NCBI RefSeq assembly: GCF_024521635.1
Contig: NW_026250403.1
Span: forward strand, 1,426,001 to 1,490,000
Direction: 5' to 3'
Source: Tricharina praecox
Taxonomy: Eukaryota
Length of the DNA stretch: 64,000 nucleotides
Shown: one piece after another, positions 13,994 through 25,677 of the stretch
Numbering within the stretch: position 1 is the first letter of the stretch
Layout of the letters: each line of letters opens with the position of its first letter
Translations under genes and position numbers: made by a program
Notes under the pieces: generated by a model
What the model was told of the DNA's origin: nothing
Seen by the model: the letters and a program-made list of their open reading frames with translations, nothing else
Database searches by the model: none

Positions 13994-14682
13994 GGTGAAA
14001 TCACCCGGGCTAGTTGGTGCGCCTGCCATTGTGGCTGGTGGGTTACCGTACCTATCCGCGGGCCGAAGATATCGCCTAGCCACGGGAAACCGTCATGCTC
14101 CTCCGACCGAATCATCCCGTCACAGTGCTACCGTATCGTCGTTCCGACGGCCGGCCTGTTAGCCAGCCAGAAATCGCGGGTTGCTCGCTCTGGACGGCCA
14201 CAGTCACGGGTAAGACCACCACAACAGCCAATGAAGTCAAAGTTTATCGACCCCAAAAAACAACCCGCCGCACGATTAGGTTCGGGACCGCGGCTCCACC
14301 CTCTCTCGGCCGGATAGCATGTGGGCCCGGCTTCAAGGGAATACGGTACGGGAGGTATGCATAGCTTTTCTCGTCAAAACGTCCAAAAATTAAAACAAAA
14401 ATTCGTACTCGCCGCTCCGCTGAAACGGTGCACGGTTCACGAGAAACCCTGTTTGCTCTTGTGGTACGGGTAAGAGCAGAAAAACGGCCCCAAAGTATGT
14501 ACCGGTACAGCGGGGTCGAGGCTTCAAGACCTGGAACGTGGGGAGATGTGGCGAGTCGAGTCGAGACTCCCAGCTGTCTCGTGCACGGTGTTGGCTGTTG
14601 AAACTACGGTGCGATTATGTACTCACTCGGAGTAGTGCACCGAGGCGACGAGGTTTGTAATGCCGTACGAACCACCTAGTAG

Positions 14683-15098
14683 GGGCCCGTTTGGATACGC
14701 TCAGTTTTTTTTCTCGAAAACCTGAGCAAATAAAACCGCAACCCTGTTTGGATGGCACACAAACCGAGAAGAAGAAAGCCGAAACTGTGCGGCTCCATGG
14801 CTGATTTTAACTTCAACCATGGACTGCCCTCAGTTACGGGGAAGAGAAAGAAGCGGGGGCTATGTGCAATGTGTCTACTACCTATTAAAGTTCTGGTGAA
14901 GCCTATTACCTACCTATTCAGACTTATGGCTGAGTATTTACCTGGTATACTGGGAACTGCCAGACATTCTGTTCACCTCAAGGTTGTTCGGAAAACTGAA
15001 ACTGAACAGTACCTATTCGGTGTCCCGGCGGGGAACTGAATTTGGCTCTATATAGCTCTAAAACTAGAACTCAAAAGTGAGTGCATCCAAACGCGCCC
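14683..15098. mobile_element. Non-autonomous PIF/Harbinger (Tourist)-like MITE, ~416 bp, degenerate
   Basis: Left end GGGCCCGTTTGGATACGCTCAGTTTT; reverse complement of right end GGGCGCGTTTGGATGCACTCACTTTT (22/26 match). Flanks are TAG and TTA (imperfect TWA-type target duplication). The interior has no credible gene. Confidence 0.7.
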
Positions 15099-16867
15099 TT
15101 AAGGGTAGTGTGAGCCGGAGGGTTTATAGCCATCGCGTGTGAACGAAATTTAGCCTTTAGGCAAGCTTGGGGATATTATTGGGTTGTGGTTGCTTTACGC
15201 ACTAGGTAGGAGCTTGGAATAGTGATTCCTCTATATAGTTGTATGTATCCTTGTGTGCAAATACGTACTCAGAGCTACTGCTAGGACTCAAGAGTCAATA
15301 GATACTACCACTCGCTGTTCGCTGCTCTCCCCCGTGAATATGAACAATCATGCGATGTCACTCGCGCCAAAAGGCACACTCACTTGCCGCTATACTTACG
15401 AGCTACCTACGTTATCAAAAGATTCCGGATAGTCACTAGAAGCTCCTGCTGATAAAGCCACAACTGTGGCGGTCAGTGGTCATCAAGGTTGATAATCATA
15501 ATATCTCACTCAGACACGGTACCGAGTGGTAACTTATGAAGACTTGTAGATTGTACATTTGACTTGTAGTCGCCATGGTCTATTAAGGCCGTCTGCGACA
15601 ATAAGTTGATGTTCTCTCTCTGTCATTTGACAAGTGCTTGACCACTGGATCCAACCTACCTATATCAATCAATAGTACCAGCGCGGATAGCGGAAACCCG
15701 CACGCAAGGTCAATCACAGATCCGAGGGGTACACGATCGGATCAGGAATCTAAGACTTCAGGCAGTATATATGCATAATTTATGTACTATTTCGAGCAGC
15801 GGATGAAACAAAACTAGCGAGCAGCCAAATGGCAGAAACAAAACCAAAGAGATCATCATCTCAAATCTCCACTGTTTTCGAACAATACATATCTGCCCTT
15901 TCCTTCTGCCTGCAAAATTCCGGGAACTGTCCGCCCGTTTCCGCTAGAAGCCGCCTAGGTAAGGTGCCTGGTGTACTTCTAATTCTAGCAACCTGTGGTC
16001 CTGCTCCCGATGCATGGGAGACGTCGGGAGTACCTGGGAAGTGCAGCTATTCAGGTACCTACTCCAACGGCGGAGTTCACGGGAGACATGTCAGCACTCA
16101 GGAGACATCCCCGGAATCAAGTGCCTTCCGCTAAAACCCCAAATTCCACCAGATACGGAGTGAAATATGTACGATGTGCCTACGCCCATGGACATGACAG
16201 CGGAGAATAAAGTGGTACCGAGTTGCTCCCGATGAAGTTTATATCAGCCGAGGACATGGTCGGCTCTCGAGCGAGTGATACCTCAAACTGCAGCTACCGT
16301 ACCTAGCCCCATGGACTTCTCCTTCTCTTCTCTTCTCTTCTCTTCCCTTCTCTTCCCTTCTCCTTCCATCCATCTTCGCTTCTAGACGGGCGTACTACCG
16401 GAGCAGCAGCAGTGCAGCACGAGGACCACGGGTCTCCACAGGCAGTAGCACCACACGGGGTAACACCGTGACACCGTGACACCGTGACACTTGCGAGTTA
16501 TTCCGACGGGATAGCACTTGCCATTTGCATGAAGTATCTACCGCCCATGATGCATGACAAGTACTCGAGTAGGCATCGTGCCTCGGTGTGACAGTAACCA
16601 CGTGCAGGTATCGGAGATACTACATGTACGAGTGCAATACCGTACCCACGCTTCGCCGCTTTCCCGAGCTTTCGAATATGGAAGATTTTGACGGGTGGAC
16701 TTGGGGGGAGCAGATGTATGATACAAGCATACGCCACAAGGATAGCTGCATCGAGGAAATCGAAGGGAAGTGTCGTCCGCGGCGTGGTTCGCATCGGATT
16801 GGGCATGGCCAGCCCCCTCCATCGAACACCTTGTTTCCTAGGTAGGGGGCGGGGGGGAGCTGCCCTG

Positions 16868-16874
16868 GTATAAA
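16868..16874 (+). promoter_or_regulatory. TATA box of the secreted-protein gene
   Basis: GTATAAA about 115 nt upstream of ATG 16985, followed by a CT-rich leader. Confidence 0.5.
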
Positions 16875-16984
16875 GAGGCCCGTCATCAGGTGCGAGGTAA
16901 AGCTCCTGGATCATCAATCGAAGAGATACACAGCATTTCCCGCTTCTCCATCCCTCAATCCTCAATCCCTCTTATCTCGAAATC

Positions 16985-17683
16985 ATGAAATCCTCAATCA
17001 TCCGCATCGTCTTTACCCTCCTCAGCACTGCGGTTCTCTCCAGCTCCCTCCCGGTCGAGCTGGCTGCAGTGCCAAAGCTCTGTCCCATATTCGAGAAAGG
17101 AACCCTTAAAGTACTTTCCCCTCCCTCCCCCATCAACCGAATATCACTAACATCCCACCCCACCCAGTTCGACGACCTCTCCCCCGGCCCTTTATCGACC
17201 TACAACGGCTTCCGCTTCCCCGGCTTCGTAGACTGGCTGATCGTCTCCGGCTCGCCGCGCTCTTCCACGCCGTACTACAAAGGGATAACCTCGTCACCAC
17301 ACGGGCTGCTCTCGGCCTTCCACTGGATGACCTGGTTCGACGGCGGCGGGGCATTCACCTTCGACCTGCACAGTCTCAACATCACCGCGCTGACCAGCAA
17401 GAAGCCGGACGCGAAGAAGCCATACCTCGACCTCCAGATCGTCGGCTACCGGGCGGGAGAGACCACGCCCGCGGGGAAGAAGGTCGTCCGGGTTAGGAAT
17501 GCCGCGGGGAAGGGCGGGGCGGTAAATATCGTCCTTGGCGGCAGTAAGTGGAGGGGCCTCGACAGGGTCGGCATCGAGGCCGAGGAGCTCGATAGGCCCC
17601 AGGGCGTGCCGTTGCCTGGCGATGTCAGCCCCGGGTTCGTGCTCGATGATGTGGTTTATGCAAAGAGGAAGTTGTGCGAATAG
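16985..17683 (+). CDS. Small secreted beta-rich protein of unknown function (~213 aa after splicing)
   Basis: Signal peptide MKSSIIRIVFTLLSTAVLS. A probable 57-nt intron at 17111-17167 (GTACTT..CACTAAC..CAG) gives GTLK/FDDL. GC-rich codon usage, two Cys, and an upstream TATA box. Confidence 0.8.
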   Translation: MKSSIIRIVFTLLSTAVLSSSLPVELAAVPKLCPIFEKGTLKVLSPPSPINRISLTSHPTQFDDLSPGPLSTYNGFRFPGFVDWLIVSGSPRSSTPYYKGITSSPHGLLSAFHWMTWFDGGGAFTFDLHSLNITALTSKKPDAKKPYLDLQIVGYRAGETTPAGKKVVRVRNAAGKGGAVNIVLGGSKWRGLDRVGIEAEELDRPQGVPLPGDVSPGFVLDDVVYAKRKLCE

Positions 17684-19528
17684 CAGAGGAGGCTGCTTCG
17701 GCACCTGTGGGGGAGCCTGGTGAGCCATAGAGTGGTGGAATTCGTAATGGCGGGATTCCGGCGTAGTGGTGCGCGCTTTTACTCGGGTTGAGATGTATTT
17801 CTACTTTGATTAATTTTCAATTATTATAATAATTGTATTCATACGCTTTATGCCTCTGATATGCCTTCTTTCGGGGGGCGGTGGTAGCTCCAGTCGCCGG
17901 CTCAGCCACATCGTACACAATGTAGGTACCGTGCCGTATCGAAGGTTTAAAGCCGTGAAACCTCGTGCAGACTTCCCACGTGAACTGACACCACATCCTG
18001 ATTAAAGTTGGGAACATGTACCTTTGTACATACCTTGTACACGGCATCTACCTAGGACAGGACGGGAAGCCGTTCTTGACCGCATCGAGACGTAATCAGC
18101 TGAGATGAAGAAAAAGCTCAGGTACCTTGGGATTCACGTGGGGCCGGTCGGCGTTTGCTGGCGAGGAGGAAGATAATATCAAGTGCGACTTATTACTTTG
18201 CTTTGCTGAGTGAGGCTGTGTGAACGGTAGCTGAAAATAGGTACATAGTGGTAGTCGGGTAGTGGCATGCGGGTATCATCGTGGAGCGCGGTGCTTTTCG
18301 TGGCCTCGAGGTTGAATGGATGCGATATGATATCATCTTGGCATCCGCGGATTATGCTGTGAGACTTGTACATACAGCGGGTAGGTATCCGTCCTCTAGA
18401 AGTAACATCCACGTCTGCGCGGAAGGAAGGATGTGCTCTTTCGGTCAGTCTTCGGTGCTGGTGGATTGCGACGTAGTTATACTATACTAGTGATTGAAGG
18501 AATTTCGTGCACTGTGAGATTTGGTGAGTTGCATTTGATGGATGATGCGAGCAACAGTTGGGGGAGCCGGGTGCAGGAGTCGTAGGTTTGGTAAGAGGCC
18601 ATTGACTCTGAGAGAATTTGAACGGTTATCGATTCCAAGTTACATACTGCTTCTCTTGGAACCCAAGCGGATGGGCCTCACCGGCACCTGAGGGTGGCGA
18701 ATGATAGCCGATGATCTGACCACGACTTCAAAACGTTCCTGCGTCGAGTGGCCTCGTCTCGGTGGACACATTTGAGCTGACCTGGACTGGGGTTCCAAGA
18801 CTAGTTGAACGTATACAGTCGGCTGTGTCCGTGAGTCCTGAGGAAGGCCGTAGTCGGTCTCACCCGTCCTACCGTTGCGCTTCGCTTCCAATGTCCATTC
18901 TTTCTTGTTCCGTTCGTCCGTTCCTTCTGTTTCTCGTCCTCCCGCTTTCGGGATATACGATAACCCGTCTCGTCCTTCTCCTTCATCTCTCCAGCCATGC
19001 AAATCGATTGGACTGTAGGCTTCTTAGGAGCTTAATACTGCCGGAACCGAGACGTCATCAACTGTGGCAAGTTGGTATGATCGGAGTCTGACGAAGTTGT
19101 CCCTACAAATCCCGGATGGGAATAGATCATGTACTTTGTAGTTGAGATGCCCTTAGCCCTGAGCCACTAAAACAAGCTCAAGTGCTTAGCGGGATCCGTG
19201 GTGACGGGACAACACTCTATTTCATCGTGATCCCCATATATTAAAGACTAACCTTGGAGAAACGAGTGATGAGCGAGGTGCATGTCAACGAATACAGACC
19301 AATAGTAAGCCATTCCACAGGTTGTTCCAACTTCCATGCCGGGAAGCTGTACCCTCCCGACCAGGTCGAGAAGTGCGGGGAGAGAGAGCCGCTTACAGAC
19401 ATCTAACCGAGAAACCCCTAACCCATCGACGGAAAGTACCATACGTATTCCATATCCCACGGAGTTCTTCTATCTCGGATTTTTTTCGATCCTTTCGTAT
19501 TCTTCCTCCATCACAAACCATAGCCACC

Positions 19529-20463
19529 ATGGAATCCGTCCTCCTGCAGCTCGAGCCCCTCGTTGCCCTCGTGCGGCCACATCTCCTCCCCATCATCAAA
19601 GCCCTCCCGGCTCCCATCCACGACTTTGGGCTCTCCCAGCTCGGCCCGGAATGCTACAGCACGATCGTTAGCAAGCTCGACATCTCGTCACACCCGGAAT
19701 GCACGCAACTCGCAATCTCCAAAGCCATCGGCGTAGGGATCATCGGGTTGTCGACTGTCGTCAAAGTTCCGCAGCTCCTAAAGCTGCTCGCGTCCGGGTC
19801 GGCGCAGGGAATCTCGTTCACCTCGTACCTGCTCGAGACGACCGCATACATCATCACGCTTGCATACAACTATCGCTCCGGCAACCCTTTCTCGACATAC
19901 GGCGAGATTGCGCTGCTGGCGGTGCAGAATGTCATCATCTCGATGCTGGTGCTGCACTACCGTGGAAAGGCGGGTGTCGCCGCCGTGTATGCGATGGTGC
20001 TCGCCACTGCTGGATATGCGCTGTTCAACGAGGGCCTGATCAGCAAGGAGATGATGGTCATGGTCCAAACGGCCACTATCCCGCTCGGCCTCATGAGCAA
20101 GATCCCGCAGATCTTCACCATCGCTAAGGACAAGAACACGGGCCAGCTCTCCGCTTTCGCAGTAAGTTCCTTTCCCCGCAGCGCCCCACCCAAGGTGAAG
20201 CTATTAACGTATTCCCACAGGTCTTCAACTACCTCTTCGGCTCCCTCGCGCGCGTCTTCACGACCATCTCCGAGGTCGACGATCCCGTCATCCTCTACGG
20301 CTTCCTCGGCGGCTTCGCCCTGAACGTCGTCCTGGCTGTCCAGATGCTCTGGTACTGGAATGCGGGGAAGCCTTCGGCAAGCGCGGTCAAGAAGGAGAAG
20401 AAGCACTACGTTGCGGGCGGAAAGAGCCCCCAGCCTAGGACCGGAGGCCGCAGGAAGGCGTAG
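19529..20463 (+). CDS. MPDU1: Mannose-P-dolichol utilization defect 1 (MPDU1/Lec35) PQ-loop protein
   Basis: Exons 19529-20161 and 20221-20463. Two PQ loops (VKVPQLLK, SKIPQIF), plus PFSTYGE, TGQLSAFAVFNYLFGSLARVFTT and LAVQMLWYWN. Confidence 0.93.
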
Positions 20464-22234
20464 ATTGTTTTGTTTCTCTTGCGTAGGAGTTATTGGATGG
20501 TCTTTAATACCTACCAATGCCGGCGCATCATTTGTTTTCGCTTGCTGAATGCCTGTATGCGTTCGAATCGTGCTAGATGTGGCTGGGTCGTGGAGTTGGG
20601 GGGTCATATGTTGGTGTTGTAATATTCGATGCCTCATAACCCAAGTTCAGTTGCCAGTTGGTGGCCTCGTTTTGTAGGTTAGGTTGCCACAATGATATGG
20701 CGATGATTCCAAGAAGTGCTGGCGCGATAAAGTACGGCAGTAGAGAGCAGACAACCACCAGTGTTGATCAAAACTGCTGCCTTGTCCGAGTGATGTCCAT
20801 GAGTTAGCTTCCAAGCCCTTCCCATCTGCCATCCCACAGAATCTATACAACATACACGCGATAGGTTACCTCCGGGTCCAGAGGACAATTGCTAGCACCC
20901 GCCCAGAGTTGTGACGTTATGACGAGCAACTTTTATACATCCTAGTTTATCGCAATCTCGACCTCCCCATTCACTGACATTCCAAGCGTTAAATGAGCGT
21001 ATATAAACCGCCCACCACCACCTCTCCGACTTATACCTTCTTCCTGTCTCTATACAACAAAGCTCAACAGAGCCACCACACCCAGAAATCCAGTTCACCA
21101 AAGCAACATATCCGGCACGCTACATTCCAAGCACGCGGCGATCACGAGGAGTCTTCCGTCTCGGCAAGCAGAAGTTCGTCAACTCTCTGCACAATAGCCG
21201 GACCTTCGCTACGTCTCCTTCCGGGCACATTCGTGGGCTCTTTCGGGAAGTAATATACAACTACAAGGAGGTAGATGCCATACTCGTTGATTGTAAGAAA
21301 GGGGGTAGAAAAACCGTCGCTGAGGTTGTGATTGTACATCAGTGGCTGAAAGTGAGTAACTGTATATAGAAGGAATTAATTGTGCTTAGCTATTGTGCTT
21401 CTACCTGAGATTACGGTGACCCGGATGATAATCACCACGTAAACGCCGAGTTGGAGGTGTGAAACATCTCGTATTTAAAAGCTGTCGGAACAGTGGAACG
21501 GCGCACATAGTGGAGTTAGTATGGCTGATAGTCTTGGACCTCGTTCGAGTGATGCAGTAAGGACATCTGAAGACCAGAGTTAGTCTAAGCACCTTAGACT
21601 AAATAGCAGTGCAGGCTCAGAAATTCGCCCTCCATAGGTACCAAAGGGAGCAGCAAGTTGACGTTCCAAGTGCTGGCTACCGTATCTCTAGCTGCACAAC
21701 AGACGTTTGAGGTCTCATTTTGCTTTCGTTTTTTCCGTTTTTTCGTTCCATAATTTCTGCATTCGGCCTCCTCCGGCCGTTTTCGGCCCATGGTAACATT
21801 TACATCCCGACCCATCTCCCCCGGAGCATAGATACACCGTCTGTTAGGATACCCTCGTCACCCTCCCACCAAAAGCAATACGAGCTCTCCAGCATCCTCA
21901 CATGCCAGTCACTGCGCCACATCGCGAGTGACTAGTCGTGACCGCGTTCCGTTCTGACAGTTGACTGACTGACTGTTCGTGTGACGTGACGTGATGGCCA
22001 AGCCTCACACCTGCAACCCAACGCAACTCTACTCTAGCTATCTATCGCACTGCTCGCCTGCTCGCCGCCGCCGCAAGTTCTGTTCCGTTTGTTTGTTCAT
22101 CCTCACCACCAGCGGTATCGACAACCAGCGGCATCGACCACCTACCACACCTACCTCGTCCAAAACTCGTCGGACCACGCACCCGCCGCCGCTTAAGCTT
22201 CCCCCTCCAACCCATTCCGCAAACCCCGAGCAGC

Positions 22235-23297
22235 ATGCGCCTCCCGCGCCCCCACCACCTCTTCCTTCTGCTCCCCGCCGCAGCAGCCGTATCCGCCACG
22301 TCCTGGGGCTGCCAAACGGTACAGTCGGGGCTCACATATGACTTCAAATCGCTGGGCGGCGCGCACTCCGTCGTCTCGTCGATATCGACACCGCCGACCA
22401 TACAGAACACGACGTGGAGCATCGATCCCTGCGCTCCGCTGCAAAAGAATAAGGATACCGACGCGAAGGAACAGTGTCCTGACGGGACTTACGGTAATCT
22501 TTCCACGGGAATGGGGGAGGAGGAGGGGATGGGGTGGAGGGATGAGGCTGACGGGGAATGAAACAGTGTGTGGCCTGGTCCGCCACATCGACACGGCGGG
22601 CAAGTCGTTTCTTGCGGAGGTGATCCCGGTAGCGGGGGACATCGACGGGCACGCGGTTGACGAGCAAGTGCTGCTGCTAAACGCGACAGAGGCGGGCGGG
22701 AAGCCGCGCGGCGTGCGCGTCGAGTTCAACGGCGGGAATAATTTTGCGGGGCATGAGCAGCGGGCCGTCGTCGATTTCGTGTGCGACAAGGACGTTACCG
22801 GGGAAGCGGATGAGGCGATTACGTTCGTGAGCTATGAGTGGAGCGAGAGCGCAAAGAAACAGGTGCTGAGGCTCGAGTGGAAAACGAAGATGGCGTGTGT
22901 GGAGAATGCGAAGGGCGGTGGGAAGGGTGAAGAGAAGAAGAGTGCTCATTGGGGGTTCTTTACTTGGTTGTTTATCATGTATATCCACCCACCATCCATC
23001 CACTCCGATTACACCACCACACCGGAGACGACGGACAACTGACGATGGATATATATGTAGTGTATTCCTGGGCGCAGCAGCGTACCTGATCTGCGTGGTA
23101 TGGTTAGGGTACGTTCCGCTTCGCTTGGTCCACATCTCACCACCCCTTCCCTTCCGGACTGACTCTCTCGCAGATGGGATCTCCGTCCGCACCGCGACAT
23201 GATCGGCGAAATGTCGTACCTCGTCAAAGACTTTTTCGGCAGGGTGGGAAGCACGCTTCAAGGCCGGAGCTCGAGAGGTGGATATAGCGCTGTATGA
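22235..23297 (+). CDS. ATG27: Autophagy-related protein 27 (type I membrane protein with MRH-like domain)
   Basis: Exons approx. 22235-22493, 22567-22978, 23061-23108, 23174-23297. Signal peptide, Cys-containing luminal domain (NTTWSIDPC, LRLEWKTKMAC), HWGFFTWLFIIVFLG TM segment, GWDLRPH and C-terminal RGGYSAV. Confidence 0.9.
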
Positions 23298-23502
23298 AAT
23301 GATGATGATTCCGATTACTCTTTTTCTAGTGGGCGGTTAGATTTCAATTTCGATTCAGGTTTCTGGCTCTGGCTCTGGTTCTCTGGTTTACGTTACGGTA
23401 CGGTATGGGATGCACTAAGGCTAGGACATCTCATTCGGTTTTATGCGTTGAGTTGTATTGTTGTTGATGGCGGGGCTTCAAGTGCCCACTCTGTTTCTGT
23501 GT

Positions 23503-23554
23503 TCTGCTCTGCTCTGCTCTGCTCTGCTCTGCTCTGCTCTGCTCTGCTCTGCTC
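23503..23554. repeat. (CTCTG)n pentanucleotide microsatellite
   Basis: About 10 tandem copies visible. Confidence 0.9.
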
Positions 23555-23882
23555 TTGGTTGATTCCAGTTGATTCCAGTTTAAGATTTTCGGGTATTTGA
23601 CGTCTTCCCTTTTGTTGGCTGGTTGGCAGGGACTGTTCGTGACAAAATGTTTCGGATTTAATTACAGACCGCCGTAACGTGGCAATGTTGCCGTCGAGTG
23701 ATGACGAGGAAAGAGAAGTAAAAGGTGAACAAAAAAACATGTGCGCCACCCCCCTCCCCAAATACCATAGCAAAGCATCCGTATTACCTAGTAGAAGGCC
23801 CTCCCTCCGTAAACTCCAGAAAAGCAAAGAACATCCCCAACTCCATATCCGATACCTATCCCAAGCATCCCATCCCATCCCA

Positions 23883-24305
23883 TCAAAGCTCCTTCCTTGC
23901 CGTTGTTGTCCCACCTCCAGCTCCGTTTCCACCTCCACCTCCACCAGACAACTCGAGTGTCCCTAGCCGGTACCTTGCATTATCTACCAACAGATCCACA
24001 ATCCTCTGGCAGCCTTCGTGACAATGCGTTCTGTAGGTTTGTGCGAGTGTTGTCTCAACCTGTGTGTATCCCTCCGCCAACGTCGCCACGGTGCGGAAGT
24101 ACACCTGTTCGCATGGTCGTCTTCAAAGGTGTGTGTTAATACTGATTTTCAACGGATTGAATGGGGTGGGAGAGGCTCACCGGATATGTGCAAACGTGCC
24201 CTTGTTTGGCGGGAATACCAGAAGCAGCCCGATCGTGATCAAGAGGAGGAAGATGATTATCGACTTGATGTCGATGCCGCCGGCACTCTTCTGCTGGGGC
24301 TGGGT

Positions 24306-24355
<50 letters not shown>

Positions 24356-25040
24356 GCTCCTGCTGCTGCTGGTGGTGGTGGTGGGGGGTGTGCAGCTCCT
24401 GCGGTTCCTCGTCCTTCTGCAATACCGAGTCCTGTCTTCTCCTCCTCCTCCTCCTCACTGTCCTCTCCCCCTCAGACGCACTCTCATCCTCCGTGGCGGG
24501 CGGCGTAACCACGCCCTCGATCCTCCGCTCCTCCATGCGCCGTTCCCGTCTCTCCAAATTTTTCCTCTGCTCCCCTCTTTCCAGCACAGGCTCGTCACCC
24601 TCCTCCACCTCCTCCCTCACATCCCCCCGCCCCCTACCAGCCTCCAAACAAAGATACATATAAAAAAACAGCATATCGAGCACCCTGCCCCCCCTCCCGC
24701 TCCCCCTCTCAACCAAATCCGCATCCAGGACCTCATCGAGAATTCCAAAATCGACTGTTTCGTGCTCGCCGCCGTCCGTCTGCTCCACCGCGTAGTGCAG
24801 CATCCCGTACCAGATCCACTCTGGAAGGTCTGGGACGGAGGCGGCTTTGGACAGGAAGCTGTGGGTTTCGGAGATGGTGGGCGCGGACAGGGAAGGGTGC
24901 TGCGTGTGTAACCGGGTTAGGACAAGAGAGACGGTGGTTGTCGGGTCTTGGGGCTTGGGCGTGGGAGGCGGGGTTGGGTGTGGCATGCTGCTGGTAGACG
25001 GGTTGGTGGGGGTGAGAGAGAGCCGGCGTGGGCGGGTCAT
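23883..25040 (-). CDS. Hypothetical protein with acidic/Arg-rich coil, polyQ tract, one TM segment and a C-terminal RKEL
   Basis: First in-frame ATG at 25040. The ORF stop at 24177 coincides with a GTGAG donor (24180). TTAAC branch plus AAG acceptor (24121) joins it in frame to ORF 23883-24104. Exon structure is inferred. Confidence 0.5.
24306..24356. repeat. (CAA)n/(TTG)n microsatellite encoding polyQ
   Basis: About 16 TTG units visible. Confidence 0.9.
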
Positions 25041-25677
25041 GGCGAGTGATGGCTGCGGTGATGGATAGTGCGTAGTGCGGGACTTTTTTTTCTTGGTGCG
25101 ATGGTGGGTGATGGAGGCGGAGGTTATACGTTTCTTTCTTCTTTCTTCTCCTGCAGTGTGGCCTGAGGTGGGTGGTTGCTGGAGGGTGGTGGAGGGGAGT
25201 TGTGGGTCGTGTTGGTGAGGTGTGGCTGTCCTGTCGCTGCTACTTGTCGCTACTTGTCGCTGGTTGTCGCTGTTCGTTGCGGGCTGAGCTGGCACTGCAT
25301 ATGGGCGTCAATTTCAGATGAGCTCTCTTTCTCGCTTTCTGGGATGCAGGTCTGAATGGACAGTGGAAGTGTACCTGGCGGAATATCCGTCGAAGAAGCT
25401 GCTTCGGTCGAATGCGTGTGCTGTCCCTGATCAATGGTAGCCGAGCTTGATTGAGTGGAAGGTTTGGAAAGGAAGAGGAAGCAATGTCGCAGCTGTGACG
25501 AAGCGAGTGAGCTCGGCTGCTGCCGAAGGACGGAAGCTGGAGCTCGGATCCAAGCTAGCTAGCCAAAATCGCTACGATCGGTGACGTCTTGGCGGTGGTG
25601 GGGTGGATGAAGCGACACAGCGCAGCGCAACCAATCCACCCCACCAGACACGCTTCCACCCTCAATTGACCTTAACA

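Noticed and set aside
15109-15520. Possible solo LTR (TG start, TATA-like and poly(A)-like motifs)
   Set aside because: No matching CA end with a target-site duplication could be found.
24018-24911. PolyL and polyC plus-strand ORFs
   Set aside because: Antisense readings of the CAA repeat.
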